Shown here: positions 27,089 through 36,413 of the stretch, in pieces | How positions within the stretch are numbered: the stretch's first letter is position 1 | How the letters are laid out: each line of letters begins with the position of its first letter | From: a virus | Lineage: Duplodnaviria; Caudoviricetes | IMG/VR virus record: IMGVR_UViG_3300020045_003897 | Coordinates: 1-62,882 of that record | Length of the DNA stretch: 62,882 nt | Reading direction: 5' to 3' (one strand) | Notes under the pieces: generated by a model | What the model saw: the letters and a program-made list of their open reading frames with translations, nothing else | The model's database searches: none | What the model was told of the DNA's origin: nothing | Made by a program: the position numbers and the translations under genes

Positions 27089-27411
27089 CTCTAAATGAAT
27101 ATCAACAAAAAGCAATCTCTACTGCAATCTATCATGAAGATTATATGATCTTATATCCTGCACTTGGTCTTTGTGGTGAATCTGGAGAGGTTGCTGATAA
27201 AGTGAAGAAAGTTCTTCGTGATGATGGTGGTTTCTTTGGTAAGGAAAAAAGCGTTGAAATCATCAAAGAACTTGGAGATGTTTTGTGGTACTTAGCTGCT
27301 ATTACACGTGATCTAGGATTCATTTTAGAAGATGTAGCTCAGATGAATATATCAAAGCTGGCTGATCGAGCAGTTAGAAATAAACTTCAAGGATCAGGTG
27401 ATCAGAGGTGA
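27085..27411 (+). CDS. mazG: MazG-like nucleotide pyrophosphohydrolase
   Basis: LGLCGESGEVADKVKK...KELGDVLWYLA...N..KL..R..R..LQGSGD.R. Confidence 0.9.
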   Translation: MTLNEYQQKAISTAIYHEDYMILYPALGLCGESGEVADKVKKVLRDDGGFFGKEKSVEIIKELGDVLWYLAAITRDLGFILEDVAQMNISKLADRAVRNKLQGSGDQR

Positions 27412-27415
27412 TAAG

Positions 27416-27652
27416 ATGCCAGTATTATTAAAAACAAAATTAAATAGTTTACGTGATGAATTATCTATAAGATTCTCAGTTTTACTAGATGCAATGGCTC
27501 CAAGAGAATTAAAGAATAATTCAGAAGGTGCTAGTAAAGGTCATTGGGTAAATCCAAAAGCAATGAATGCAACTACAGCAGATACTATGCATTTACATCT
27601 TGCTGTAGAAGACTTTAAAAATATTTTAACTGAAATTAAAAAGTTAAAATAA
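27416..27652 (+). CDS. Hypothetical protein
   Basis: GAGGTG RBS before ATG 27416. Confidence 0.6.
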   Translation: MPVLLKTKLNSLRDELSIRFSVLLDAMAPRELKNNSEGASKGHWVNPKAMNATTADTMHLHLAVEDFKNILTEIKKLK

Positions 27653-27669
27653 TTAAATGAGGTTTGACT

Positions 27670-27942
27670 ATGCCTTTAATGGATCGAATTTATGTCAGAT
27701 CGTTTCTAGAAATGTCTTATCCTGAACAACTTGGATTAGTTGAAAAGATCAGAACAATTCGTAGCTCTGCACTTAATGAAGCCAGAGTTAGTTCAAAAAG
27801 CATTTCTAAGACTAAGATGAAGCAGGTTGCAAAGAAAACTGCAGGTAAGCCAAAAGACATAACTAAAAAAGCTAATGCAGCCTTAGCAATGCTCACTCCA
27901 GAACAAATCGAGTTAATCAAGAAACAATTTGTAAATAACTAA
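27670..27942 (+). CDS. Basic protein with C-terminal KA..AL..LTPEQ motif
   Basis: GAGG RBS. Confidence 0.7.
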   Translation: MPLMDRIYVRSFLEMSYPEQLGLVEKIRTIRSSALNEARVSSKSISKTKMKQVAKKTAGKPKDITKKANAALAMLTPEQIELIKKQFVNN

Positions 27943-27957
27943 ATATTGGATTAGAAT

Positions 27958-28461
27958 ATGAAAGAAGGCACAATATCAGTTTTATATGGTGCACATAGTA
28001 TTGTCCATAGTTATTATGTTTGGAAAGCATGGAAAATACTATATAAAAAATATCCTTCATTCAAAGAAACAATATGTATTCTTGTGCATGATTTGGGATA
28101 TTTTGGTATGAATTATTATTCTGAAAAATCTAATGATGGTCATGCTGAATTAGGTGCAGAAATTGCACATTTACTATTAGATACTCCATATGACAACACA
28201 TACAAATATCTTATACTTGGTCATTCTGGTAGTGCATGTAAAAAATATGGTATTATCAGGTCTAAGTTAGAAAGACCAGATGAATATTCATGGCTTATTG
28301 CTCCATTATGGTGGGTTAAATGGACAGCAAAAATTGAAAACTATATTATTCCTCCTGAAGAATTTATTGATATGGTAAGAAAAGATTTTTATAAATCAGA
28401 TGATGAATGGCAATCTGGAACTGATAGATCAAATAAATACAGGGAACAACATAAGGATTAA
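27958..28461 (+). CDS. HD-domain-like phosphohydrolase
   Basis: HS..V, ILVHDLGY, GHAELGA.I, LGHS, PDE spacing fits the HD fold. Confidence 0.55.
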   Translation: MKEGTISVLYGAHSIVHSYYVWKAWKILYKKYPSFKETICILVHDLGYFGMNYYSEKSNDGHAELGAEIAHLLLDTPYDNTYKYLILGHSGSACKKYGIIRSKLERPDEYSWLIAPLWWVKWTAKIENYIIPPEEFIDMVRKDFYKSDDEWQSGTDRSNKYREQHKD

Positions 28462-28465
28462 AAAG

Positions 28466-29911
28466 ATGCAACTTTTTCAAATAGAAGAGAAAAATATCTT
28501 AGAGATCATAATTCAAGATCGTGCTCGTAATGAGGTAGGTGATATTACCTCACTTGCAAATTCAATCAAGATGGTTGGGCAATTAGTTCCAATCTTAATT
28601 GATGAAGAAAATATTCTGATTGATGGTTTGCATCGTATAGAAGCTATCAAAAGTCTTGGCTTAGAAACTATTGAAGTTAGAACAGTTTCTGGCATTACCA
28701 AAGATGATCATGTTTTAATTGAAATGCTTTCCAATATGGATCGCAAGGAGTTCGCTTGGCATGAAGAAATTGAACTTAAGTACAAGTTGCACAACTATTG
28801 GAAAGATGCTTCAGATAAAGATGGTTCCACTTGGGGCTATCGTGAAACAGCTAAAAGATTGCATTGTAGTTTGGGTGGTCTGTCTACTGATCTAGCTTTT
28901 GCGGAAGCCTTAAAAGTTTTCCCTGAACTCAAGAAACAAAGTACAAAAGGGCGAGCAAGAGAACTTTACAAAGCATTTGGTGATCAAGCTACTGCAATTC
29001 AGCGGATGGATAGCTTTACTGATGCAGAAAAAGAACGCCTAGACAAGCTTCAAGCAGGAGTTATGCCTGAAGTTAAGAAAGTAAGATTAGTTCCTAGAAC
29101 TAGGGAAGAAATTCTTGCAACTAAACTTGATTCAGAGGCGAAAGTCTTTAAAGCTGATCCTGAATTGTTCACTGAAGAAGAGAAAGAAACTCTTACAAAT
29201 ATCAATGTTATTTATGTTGCAGAGAACTATAAGACTTTTCTTGATAAAATCCCTGACAATTCAGTTGGCCTGGTAGAGCTTGATCCACCTTATGCGATTG
29301 ACTTTAATGAAAATTATGGCAAAGCCAATGGGATTGAAAGCAAAGCAACTGATTGGACTGAAAAAGAACTGTATGAGTTTTATTTTAATTACCTACCGCT
29401 GATCTATAACAAAATGCTTGAAGCTAGTTGGGTTTTGTGCTGGACTGGCAAGGAACACTTTGTAGAAATTAACAAAATAGCTACTAGCATAGGATTTCAA
29501 GTTCAACAGCCTGGAGCATGGGTAAAAACTGGTGGAAGCACTAATCAGCCAAAGAAATGCTTGATTAGTAATTGGGAAATGTTCTTACTGTTTCGTAAAG
29601 GTAATGCACAGTTTAATACTCCGAGTTTATCTAGTGCAGTTAATATTGATGTATCTAATGCAGCACAAAGGATTCATCAGTGGGAAAAGCCAATTAAACT
29701 TTATGATCATTTCTTCAAGGCACTTTGCAGACCAGGGACTATATTCTTGAGTCCATTTGCAGGATCAGGGAATTGTCTTATCAGCGCAGCAAAGACTCGA
29801 ATGATGCCGATTGGTTGTGATAAAAGTCAAAAGTATATTCCTCAATTCTATCAGAGACTTGAACAATACACTGGAATTTCAGCAGATATAAATGGATTAG
29901 CAGGAGATTAA
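28466..29911 (+). CDS. ParB-like N-terminal domain fused to an N6A/N4C DNA methyltransferase
   Basis: LA.SI...GQLVPILI...LIDGLHRIEA, N.DRK, HTH; MTase LDPPY, HQWEKP, FLSPFAGSGN (beta order). Confidence 0.85.
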   Translation: MQLFQIEEKNILEIIIQDRARNEVGDITSLANSIKMVGQLVPILIDEENILIDGLHRIEAIKSLGLETIEVRTVSGITKDDHVLIEMLSNMDRKEFAWHEEIELKYKLHNYWKDASDKDGSTWGYRETAKRLHCSLGGLSTDLAFAEALKVFPELKKQSTKGRARELYKAFGDQATAIQRMDSFTDAEKERLDKLQAGVMPEVKKVRLVPRTREEILATKLDSEAKVFKADPELFTEEEKETLTNINVIYVAENYKTFLDKIPDNSVGLVELDPPYAIDFNENYGKANGIESKATDWTEKELYEFYFNYLPLIYNKMLEASWVLCWTGKEHFVEINKIATSIGFQVQQPGAWVKTGGSTNQPKKCLISNWEMFLLFRKGNAQFNTPSLSSAVNIDVSNAAQRIHQWEKPIKLYDHFFKALCRPGTIFLSPFAGSGNCLISAAKTRMMPIGCDKSQKYIPQFYQRLEQYTGISADINGLAGD

Positions 29912-29912
29912 T

Positions 29913-30182
29913 ATGACCAAGTACGAATCAGGAAAAATAATGAATAATGAAAAGCCTCCTGATCAAGGACAATATTGTTGTTTGCATAAGAATATTGTTC
30001 CTCTTGAAATAGGATTTGCATCTAAGACTTGGCCAAATGGTTATAAGAATGATGCTGATTATAACTTTGCCATAGGAATCTTAGGTGCAAGTGTTCTTCG
30101 AGTTAAGAGTTATTTGTGCTTAGAATGTAAACAAGAAATTAAAGCACCTAATCCTGGTGCATTGACTAAGGATCGAATATGA
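29913..30182 (+). CDS. Hypothetical Cys-containing protein
   Basis: 89 aa, AGGAG RBS. Confidence 0.6.
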   Translation: MTKYESGKIMNNEKPPDQGQYCCLHKNIVPLEIGFASKTWPNGYKNDADYNFAIGILGASVLRVKSYLCLECKQEIKAPNPGALTKDRI

Positions 30183-30496
30183 GCGAAGATTACTGGAAAG
30201 ATAATAATATTGAAAAACCACAACAAGTTGTTGTATGTGCTGCATGTAGAAAAGGCTCAATAATTGTTGCTGGAGCAAGGCATTTTGATAAAGTTATGCG
30301 TTCGCAGCTTAGAGCTCTAGAAATAAAACATGGCCCTACAGCTTCTATTGGTTGGGAAGATGGATTTATTGATCAGTTTGGTGATTTCTTAACACGCCAA
30401 GAAGCTATGAAGATTGCGTTAGCTGCTGGACAAAAAGTTAATTTCAATGGCTGTGGTGGAGATAAAAATACATTATACAGTGAAGGACTTTACTAG
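30179..30496 (+). CDS. Conserved phage hypothetical protein
   Basis: VCAA...GARH...GFIDQ.G.FLTR.EA..IA...GQ...LYSE.LY. Confidence 0.7.
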   Translation: MSEDYWKDNNIEKPQQVVVCAACRKGSIIVAGARHFDKVMRSQLRALEIKHGPTASIGWEDGFIDQFGDFLTRQEAMKIALAAGQKVNFNGCGGDKNTLYSEGLY

Positions 30497-30506
30497 AGGA
30501 TAACTT

Positions 30507-33029
30507 ATGATGATTATTCCAAAAGATCCAACAGACCAAGATCAGAAGAAGAGTTCTTTTGATGCTCTAGCAGTCGAATGTTTACCAACTGATAACATTA
30601 AGACTGCAATTATTGCAATGGTTGGAGATGCTCCGAATGATATTGAAGTATTAAAGAATGAGCCTTTCGTAGGGCCAGTAGGTTCTCAGTTCAATCGCAT
30701 TTGTGCAGCAGTTCGATTAGCCAGGTATCAAATCTATCTGACTAATGCTTGCAAAGCAAAGCTACCTAAGAACAATGCAAGCAAACTCTGGACAGAAAAA
30801 GGCTGGAGGCACCCGAAATGGAGTGAACTTCAATCAGCTTTAATCAATGAGCTTGCAGAATTTCCAGGAAAGATTATCATGCTTCTTGGAGATACAGCCA
30901 TGCGTCTTCTGATCGACGAACCGAGATTTGATTCAATTCAAAAATATCGTGGTTCGTTCTATCACGCTGAAGAATTTCCTCACCTTAAAGAAAAACTTGC
31001 TGGTAAGATTATAGGTTTTTCTTTTCATCCATCTTTCACCACATTTACTGGCAAACCAGTTCACTTTTATACAATGATTGCAGATTTTACTAAAGCAATC
31101 AAACTAATTGAAGATCCTAGCTTATTAGATGATAATACTGAAATCATCATTCAGCCAGGATTTGAAAAAGTTATGCAGTTCTATGCTTTAGTTCAAAGCA
31201 AAAAATTCGTTGCATTTGATATAGAAGCTACGCCGAAATTCATTACTTGCTTTTCCTTTGCTGTATGGGATGAAGACAAGATCAAGAGTATGTGCATTCC
31301 GTTGATGAATAATCAAGGAAGTTACTGGTCTCCTGAAGAAGAACTAAAAATCTGGTTAGGCTGTGCGAAAATCTTAGCAGACGAAATGATCTGTAAGATT
31401 CTTCAAAATGGAATGTTTGATATAATGTTCATTCTTCGAACGATGAATATTAAAACAGAGAACTTCTTTTTTGATACAATGCTCGCGCAGCATATCTGCT
31501 ATACTGATTTGCCAAAAGGCCTTGATTATTTAACTTCTTGCTATACGTATTATCCTTATTATAAAGATGATGGGAAACTTTCGCATTTAAAAGTCATCAA
31601 AGATTGGCCACAATACTGGCGATATAATGCAAAAGATTCTGCATATTTGTTGCCTATATCTGAAGCGCTGATCAATGAGATCAAAGAATTTGGTGCTGAA
31701 GATGCAATGACATACACCATGGATTTGCATAAGCCTTTGATGGAAATGGAGTTCAATGGAATCCTCACAGATACTGAAGGTATTAAGAAAACCAAAGCTG
31801 AGTATGAAGAAAAGATTGAAGAACTTCAAAAGCAGCTGAATGAAATTGCTGGACAAGAACTCAATTCAGGATCTTCTAAGCAGATGATTGCATATTTTTA
31901 TGGCATCTGCATGATCAAACCGTATATCAATCGTGATACTGGAAATGCTTCATGTGATTCAGTTGCATTGCACAGGATTGCAAAGAATGGTGGTAAAGGT
32001 TCTACTGAAGCAAAAATCATTATCAAAATTAGAAAGTATAGCAAGTTAGTCTCTACTTATTTTAATGTATCTGTTGATGAAGATAGTAGACTTCGATGCA
32101 ATCACAAGATTTCAGGAACTACTTCTGGCCGAATAGCCACTGAAGCAACTTACTTTGGTACTGGAACGAACCTTCAGAATCAACCGTATGTTTTCAAATA
32201 TTTTCTGATTCCTGATCCTGATTGGATTCTATGTGAGGTTGACTTAGCCAAAGCTGAAGCTCACGTAGTTGCGTATCTAGCACAAGATACTAACATGATA
32301 GAATCGTTCCTAAGTGGAATTGACGTGCATAGTTTTAATGCAAGCAAAATCTTTCATGTTCCAATTGAAGAAGTTATTGCAGAAGCAAAAGCTAACAAAG
32401 AAGATCAAAAGTCCACGATGCGTTACATGGGCAAGAAGGTAGTTCATGCCAGTAACTATAGTATGGGGCCACAGACATTCTCTGATAACCTTGCTAAAGA
32501 AGAAATTTTTATGAGTCAATCAGATTGTAAGAGACTCTTGCAGAATTATTCTGATAGATTTCCAGGACTTAAGCGCTGGCACAGATCCATTGAAGAAGAG
32601 GTTCAAGCAACAAGAACTTTATTTAACCTATTCGGCAGACCAAAGAAATTCCTTGGAGAAATGAATGCACAGCTTTTTAGAAATGCTTACAGTTACAAGC
32701 CTCAATCTACTGTTGCAGAACTTCTTAATCGTGGAACAATCAGAATGGCCAATGATCCTAGGCTCGGTAAAGATGGTTTTGATATTAGATTGCTTACTAC
32801 TGTCCATGACTCTGATGTATTTCAATTTCACAAAAGTCAAATACCAAATTTACAACAGATTCTTATGATCATTAAAGAGCACATGACACATACCTTTACT
32901 TACAAAGGAAAGAGCTTTACAATAGGTCTTGACGCCAAGATAGGCACTCAATGGGCTGGTAATACAGCGGGAATAGATAAGTTCACTCAAGAAGAAATCG
33001 ATAAAGCAATTCAAAAGATAGGATTCTAA
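30507..33029 (+). CDS. polA: Family A DNA polymerase with N-terminal uracil-DNA-glycosylase-like and 3'-5' exonuclease domains
   Basis: UDG4-like VGDAP..IE....PFVGP.G, YLTN.CK, FHPS; exo FDIE, QNGMFD, YNAKD; pol DLAKAE, R...KKVVHASNY, TVHDS. Confidence 0.93.
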   Translation: MMIIPKDPTDQDQKKSSFDALAVECLPTDNIKTAIIAMVGDAPNDIEVLKNEPFVGPVGSQFNRICAAVRLARYQIYLTNACKAKLPKNNASKLWTEKGWRHPKWSELQSALINELAEFPGKIIMLLGDTAMRLLIDEPRFDSIQKYRGSFYHAEEFPHLKEKLAGKIIGFSFHPSFTTFTGKPVHFYTMIADFTKAIKLIEDPSLLDDNTEIIIQPGFEKVMQFYALVQSKKFVAFDIEATPKFITCFSFAVWDEDKIKSMCIPLMNNQGSYWSPEEELKIWLGCAKILADEMICKILQNGMFDIMFILRTMNIKTENFFFDTMLAQHICYTDLPKGLDYLTSCYTYYPYYKDDGKLSHLKVIKDWPQYWRYNAKDSAYLLPISEALINEIKEFGAEDAMTYTMDLHKPLMEMEFNGILTDTEGIKKTKAEYEEKIEELQKQLNEIAGQELNSGSSKQMIAYFYGICMIKPYINRDTGNASCDSVALHRIAKNGGKGSTEAKIIIKIRKYSKLVSTYFNVSVDEDSRLRCNHKISGTTSGRIATEATYFGTGTNLQNQPYVFKYFLIPDPDWILCEVDLAKAEAHVVAYLAQDTNMIESFLSGIDVHSFNASKIFHVPIEEVIAEAKANKEDQKSTMRYMGKKVVHASNYSMGPQTFSDNLAKEEIFMSQSDCKRLLQNYSDRFPGLKRWHRSIEEEVQATRTLFNLFGRPKKFLGEMNAQLFRNAYSYKPQSTVAELLNRGTIRMANDPRLGKDGFDIRLLTTVHDSDVFQFHKSQIPNLQQILMIIKEHMTHTFTYKGKSFTIGLDAKIGTQWAGNTAGIDKFTQEEIDKAIQKIGF

Positions 33030-33173
33030 ATGGAGAAGTAATAAATGTATAATAAATCAAAAATAAATTGGTTTGAAATAATACTTTTTACTGTAACAAT
33101 AATTTTACTTTTTATATTATTAATTGGACTTAGATAATATTAAATAAAGGATTTTTTTAATAGAGGTAAATTT

Positions 33174-33392
33174 ATGTCATTTGCAGCTGATTTATATTGG
33201 TTTATTGAAAAACAACATGAACTTTTTAAAATTCATAGTGAATTAGGTCAGGCACAAAATGATATTGAAAGAGATAGATTAAATGAAATTCAATCAGTAA
33301 TAATTAAACAACTTAATTATAAATTAAAAAAAGTAGCTACTATTCATATGCAAAATAAGATTGTTAATAAAATGATTATTGAAAGGATATAA
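33174..33392 (+). CDS. Hypothetical AT-rich gene
   Basis: 72 aa, GAGG RBS. Confidence 0.6.
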   Translation: MSFAADLYWFIEKQHELFKIHSELGQAQNDIERDRLNEIQSVIIKQLNYKLKKVATIHMQNKIVNKMIIERI

Positions 33393-33394
33393 TT

Positions 33395-33598
33395 ATGTCA
33401 AACCATAAATTTCCAAAGATTCCACATAAATGTACTACTTGTGGTGGTGATGGTCTCGAAGATGTTTCTTATCATGGATCACCTATTTATAAAGATTGTC
33501 AAAGATGTAAAGGTAAAAAAGATGTTATTTATTATAGAGAAATGACTCATGATGAGAAATTAGAATATCTATTAAATATTATTCTAGATAAAGGCTGA
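33395..33598 (+). CDS. Small DnaJ-type zinc-finger protein
   Basis: CTTCGGDG...CQRCKGK. Confidence 0.65.
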   Translation: MSNHKFPKIPHKCTTCGGDGLEDVSYHGSPIYKDCQRCKGKKDVIYYREMTHDEKLEYLLNIILDKG

Positions 33599-33604
33599 TC
33601 AAAT

Positions 33605-34864
33605 ATGTCACGGCAATTATCAGATTGGCTGGAATATTACATGAAGTACACTCAGAGAACAGAGCCTCCTGAATTGTATCATTTATGGTCTGGGCTAACT
33701 GCACTTAGCTCAGCACTAAGACGCAAATGCTATTGCAACTGGGGAGCACTTCGAGGCTTTGTTTATCCAAACTTATTTGTTTCTTTAGTTGGCCCGCCTG
33801 GAGGACGGAAGGGAACTGCAATGAAAATTGCAAAATCATTCGTACAGACTTTGAATGTTCCTATGGGTGCAGATTCATTAGGATCAACGCAGGCACTGTA
33901 TAAAGAAATAATGGATAGCGAGGATAGCTATGTTGATCCTCAAGGCTTAACTAAGAAACATAAAAGCGTTTCAATCTGGTCAGAAGAATTTCAAGTATTT
34001 CTTTCTGATAGAGATCAAATGTTAATAAGCTCACTCACTGATCTCTTTGATTGCGCTGATAATTGGAAGTATAAAACTCTTGCAAGAAAGAATGAAGACT
34101 TGTCTAACTGCTGGCTAACAATTATTGGCGCAATAACTCCCAGCTTGTTGCAGGCTAAGCTAAGTCAGGATGCAGTTGGCGGAGGATTAATATCCAGGAT
34201 TATTTTCGTAGTAGGCTATGGCCCGAAGCAACGAAAAGCACTCCAGTTTCTTACTGAAGAAGAGGAAGACATTAGCAAAAAGCTTGAAACTGATCTGCAG
34301 GAGATTGCAAATTTATCTGGCCCATTTATTTTATCTAAGGAATTTCTTAAAGCATATGTTCGCTGGTATGAACAAGAGTATGATGATTCAGGAGTAAGTT
34401 CAGAGAAATTCGCTGGATATAATCACAGAAGACCATTACATCTTAACAAAGTTTGTATGCTTGTTTCTGCATCTGAATCAAATGGAATGGTAATCACTGA
34501 AAAACATTTTGAAAAAGCATTAGCAATTTTGCAGGTCACTGAACAAGAAATGCCAAATGCTTTCTATGGATTAGGCTTATCAAGTCAATCAGATGTATAT
34601 GCGAAGTTTCTTACCTTCATTGAAGCAAGAGATTATTTTGATTGGACTGAACTTATGCGTAACTTTCATCTCGATGTTGAAAATCCTACGCAACTCAGGG
34701 GATATGTTGAAATGGCAGAACAATCTGGCTTGATAAAAGCTGAAGCATCAGCAACATCATCACGTTATACTACGCTTAAAGTCAAACAAGAAACGAATAT
34801 ATCAGGTTACTTAGATGATACAATTTTCAGACTAATGGATAGAAATATTATCAAACAAAAATAA
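33605..34864 (+). CDS. DUF3987-like P-loop NTPase (putative replicative helicase)
   Basis: YPNLFV.LVGPPGGRKGTA, SEEF, LTDLFD, IGAITP, GGLISRIIFV; between polymerase and primase. Confidence 0.7.
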   Translation: MSRQLSDWLEYYMKYTQRTEPPELYHLWSGLTALSSALRRKCYCNWGALRGFVYPNLFVSLVGPPGGRKGTAMKIAKSFVQTLNVPMGADSLGSTQALYKEIMDSEDSYVDPQGLTKKHKSVSIWSEEFQVFLSDRDQMLISSLTDLFDCADNWKYKTLARKNEDLSNCWLTIIGAITPSLLQAKLSQDAVGGGLISRIIFVVGYGPKQRKALQFLTEEEEDISKKLETDLQEIANLSGPFILSKEFLKAYVRWYEQEYDDSGVSSEKFAGYNHRRPLHLNKVCMLVSASESNGMVITEKHFEKALAILQVTEQEMPNAFYGLGLSSQSDVYAKFLTFIEARDYFDWTELMRNFHLDVENPTQLRGYVEMAEQSGLIKAEASATSSRYTTLKVKQETNISGYLDDTIFRLMDRNIIKQK

Positions 34865-34874
34865 GGAGCTTTGC

Positions 34875-35510
34875 ATGAATGAGAAAACAATTCAACTGAA
34901 TGATGATACTAAAATACTTTTCTTTGATACAGAGGCATCAGGCTTCATCAAGAAAGAACTTTCTTCAGATCATCCTGACCAAGCATGGACAGTTCAAATC
35001 GGAGCTATCTTAGCAAATCAAAATGAAGACTTTGCAAAGATGAATACCATCATCAAGTCATATGGTCGATCAATGAATCCATTTGCTGAAGCAGTTCATG
35101 GCATTTCGTCTGAACGAGCTGATGCAGAAGGAATTGAAGAATTTGAAGCTGCAGAGCAATTTGGTTTAATGTTACGTAAAGCTGATCTTATGGTTTGCCA
35201 TAATCAATCTTTTGATTGGCAATATGTTAAGCACCTGATGGAACGAAACATTGACAAGATGTCTGATGAAGCGCGATCAGCATTTTATCTGGACTTACCT
35301 GCATATTGTACGATGAAAGATAAAGCAATAGTTAAATTCTGTGGACTGAAGAATAAACTTGGCAAGCCTAAGTGGCCGAAATTAATTGAACTGCATGAGA
35401 AACTTTTCAGTGAAGGATTTGATGGAGCGCATGATGCGTTTGCTGATATAACTGCAACAAAACGATGCTTCTTTGCATTGCTTGATCTTGGAATTATTAC
35501 GTTAGATTAA
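34875..35510 (+). CDS. DEDDh 3'-5' exonuclease (DnaQ-like)
   Basis: FFDTEASG, CHNQSFD, CTM, KWPKL.EL, AHDAFADI. Confidence 0.9.
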   Translation: MNEKTIQLNDDTKILFFDTEASGFIKKELSSDHPDQAWTVQIGAILANQNEDFAKMNTIIKSYGRSMNPFAEAVHGISSERADAEGIEEFEAAEQFGLMLRKADLMVCHNQSFDWQYVKHLMERNIDKMSDEARSAFYLDLPAYCTMKDKAIVKFCGLKNKLGKPKWPKLIELHEKLFSEGFDGAHDAFADITATKRCFFALLDLGIITLD

Positions 35511-35640
35511 CATAACAATGAAGACACAATCGACCAAAAGAGCTTAACGATTCCTCCTGCAGTGGATTTATACAAAGAGCGTTTTAATCATGGGATGAAA
35601 TACCTGAGCTACGATTGTGACTTTTTAGGAGTAGATAAAA

Positions 35641-35865
35641 ATGAAATTTCCCATAAAACTTAAAATAATTATTACTAGAAATCATGAGCAATTTTTATCT
35701 TATTGTCATGAAAATAAAGTAAATCCTAAAGATAAATTTATTAGATATGCATATAAAGAAGAACATCTTATGGGATTAAGAAATTGTGAAGTAATTTATT
35801 ATGGCGAGTATTGGGAAAGTCCAATATTTGGATCATATTTACTTGACGAAGTTAAAAGGAATTAA
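35641..35865 (+). CDS. Hypothetical protein
   Basis: 74 aa, AGGAG RBS. Confidence 0.6.
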   Translation: MKFPIKLKIIITRNHEQFLSYCHENKVNPKDKFIRYAYKEEHLMGLRNCEVIYYGEYWESPIFGSYLLDEVKRN

Positions 35866-35866
35866 T

Positions 35867-36052
35867 ATGGATAAACAAAATATGCTTTATTACTTACGTC
35901 AAAAAGAACATCAATATATTATTGATGAAATAATTGCAGCAAGATTACAAGCTGCTGATGAACTTGAAAGACTTTACAGGATGGAAGAAAAGACTAAAGT
36001 TCTCATCAATAAGATTGAACACTTTTTAACAGATAAAACAATGGAGGGCTAG
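35867..36052 (+). CDS. Hypothetical protein
   Basis: AAGGA RBS; QAADELERL. Confidence 0.6.
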   Translation: MDKQNMLYYLRQKEHQYIIDEIIAARLQAADELERLYRMEEKTKVLINKIEHFLTDKTMEG

Positions 36053-36216
36053 TATGCTTAGAAATCATGGAGTAGTTCCTAAGAAATCAAAAAGTGCAAA
36101 AGAGTATTATGGTTCATGTTACATGCCAGAAAAGAAAAATACTTTATTAGATGTTAGTCTTTTGATTCTTTGCATTGCAGTTGGTATTCTTATATACTAT
36201 CTTTGGTCTTAAAGTT

Positions 36217-36369
36217 ATGAGAATATTTAAAGAAAAGGCAGGAGTTATTTCACCTGAATCTGTATGGGTTTGTATTTATAAAGAGTATTTATATATTGAA
36301 TCAAACTTAATTAAATTATTATTTGTTTTATTATTTGAGTGGAATGATGATAAACATTTTGTTGGTTAA
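36217..36369 (+). CDS. Small hypothetical protein
   Basis: AT-rich ORF, weak RBS. Confidence 0.4.
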   Translation: MRIFKEKAGVISPESVWVCIYKEYLYIESNLIKLLFVLLFEWNDDKHFVG

Positions 36370-36413
36370 TAACTTTTCGTTCAACTTTGAACAACCAAAC
36401 TCATTTTTCGCCT

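Noticed and set aside
26672-33029. 2-aminoadenine (Z) genome pathway
   Set aside because: No PurZ/adenylosuccinate-synthetase homologue in the window
12728-35663. Stop-codon reassignment
   Set aside because: The three interrupted frames use three different stops, long genes are intact in the standard code, TAG/TGA end normal genes, and no suppressor tRNA is present
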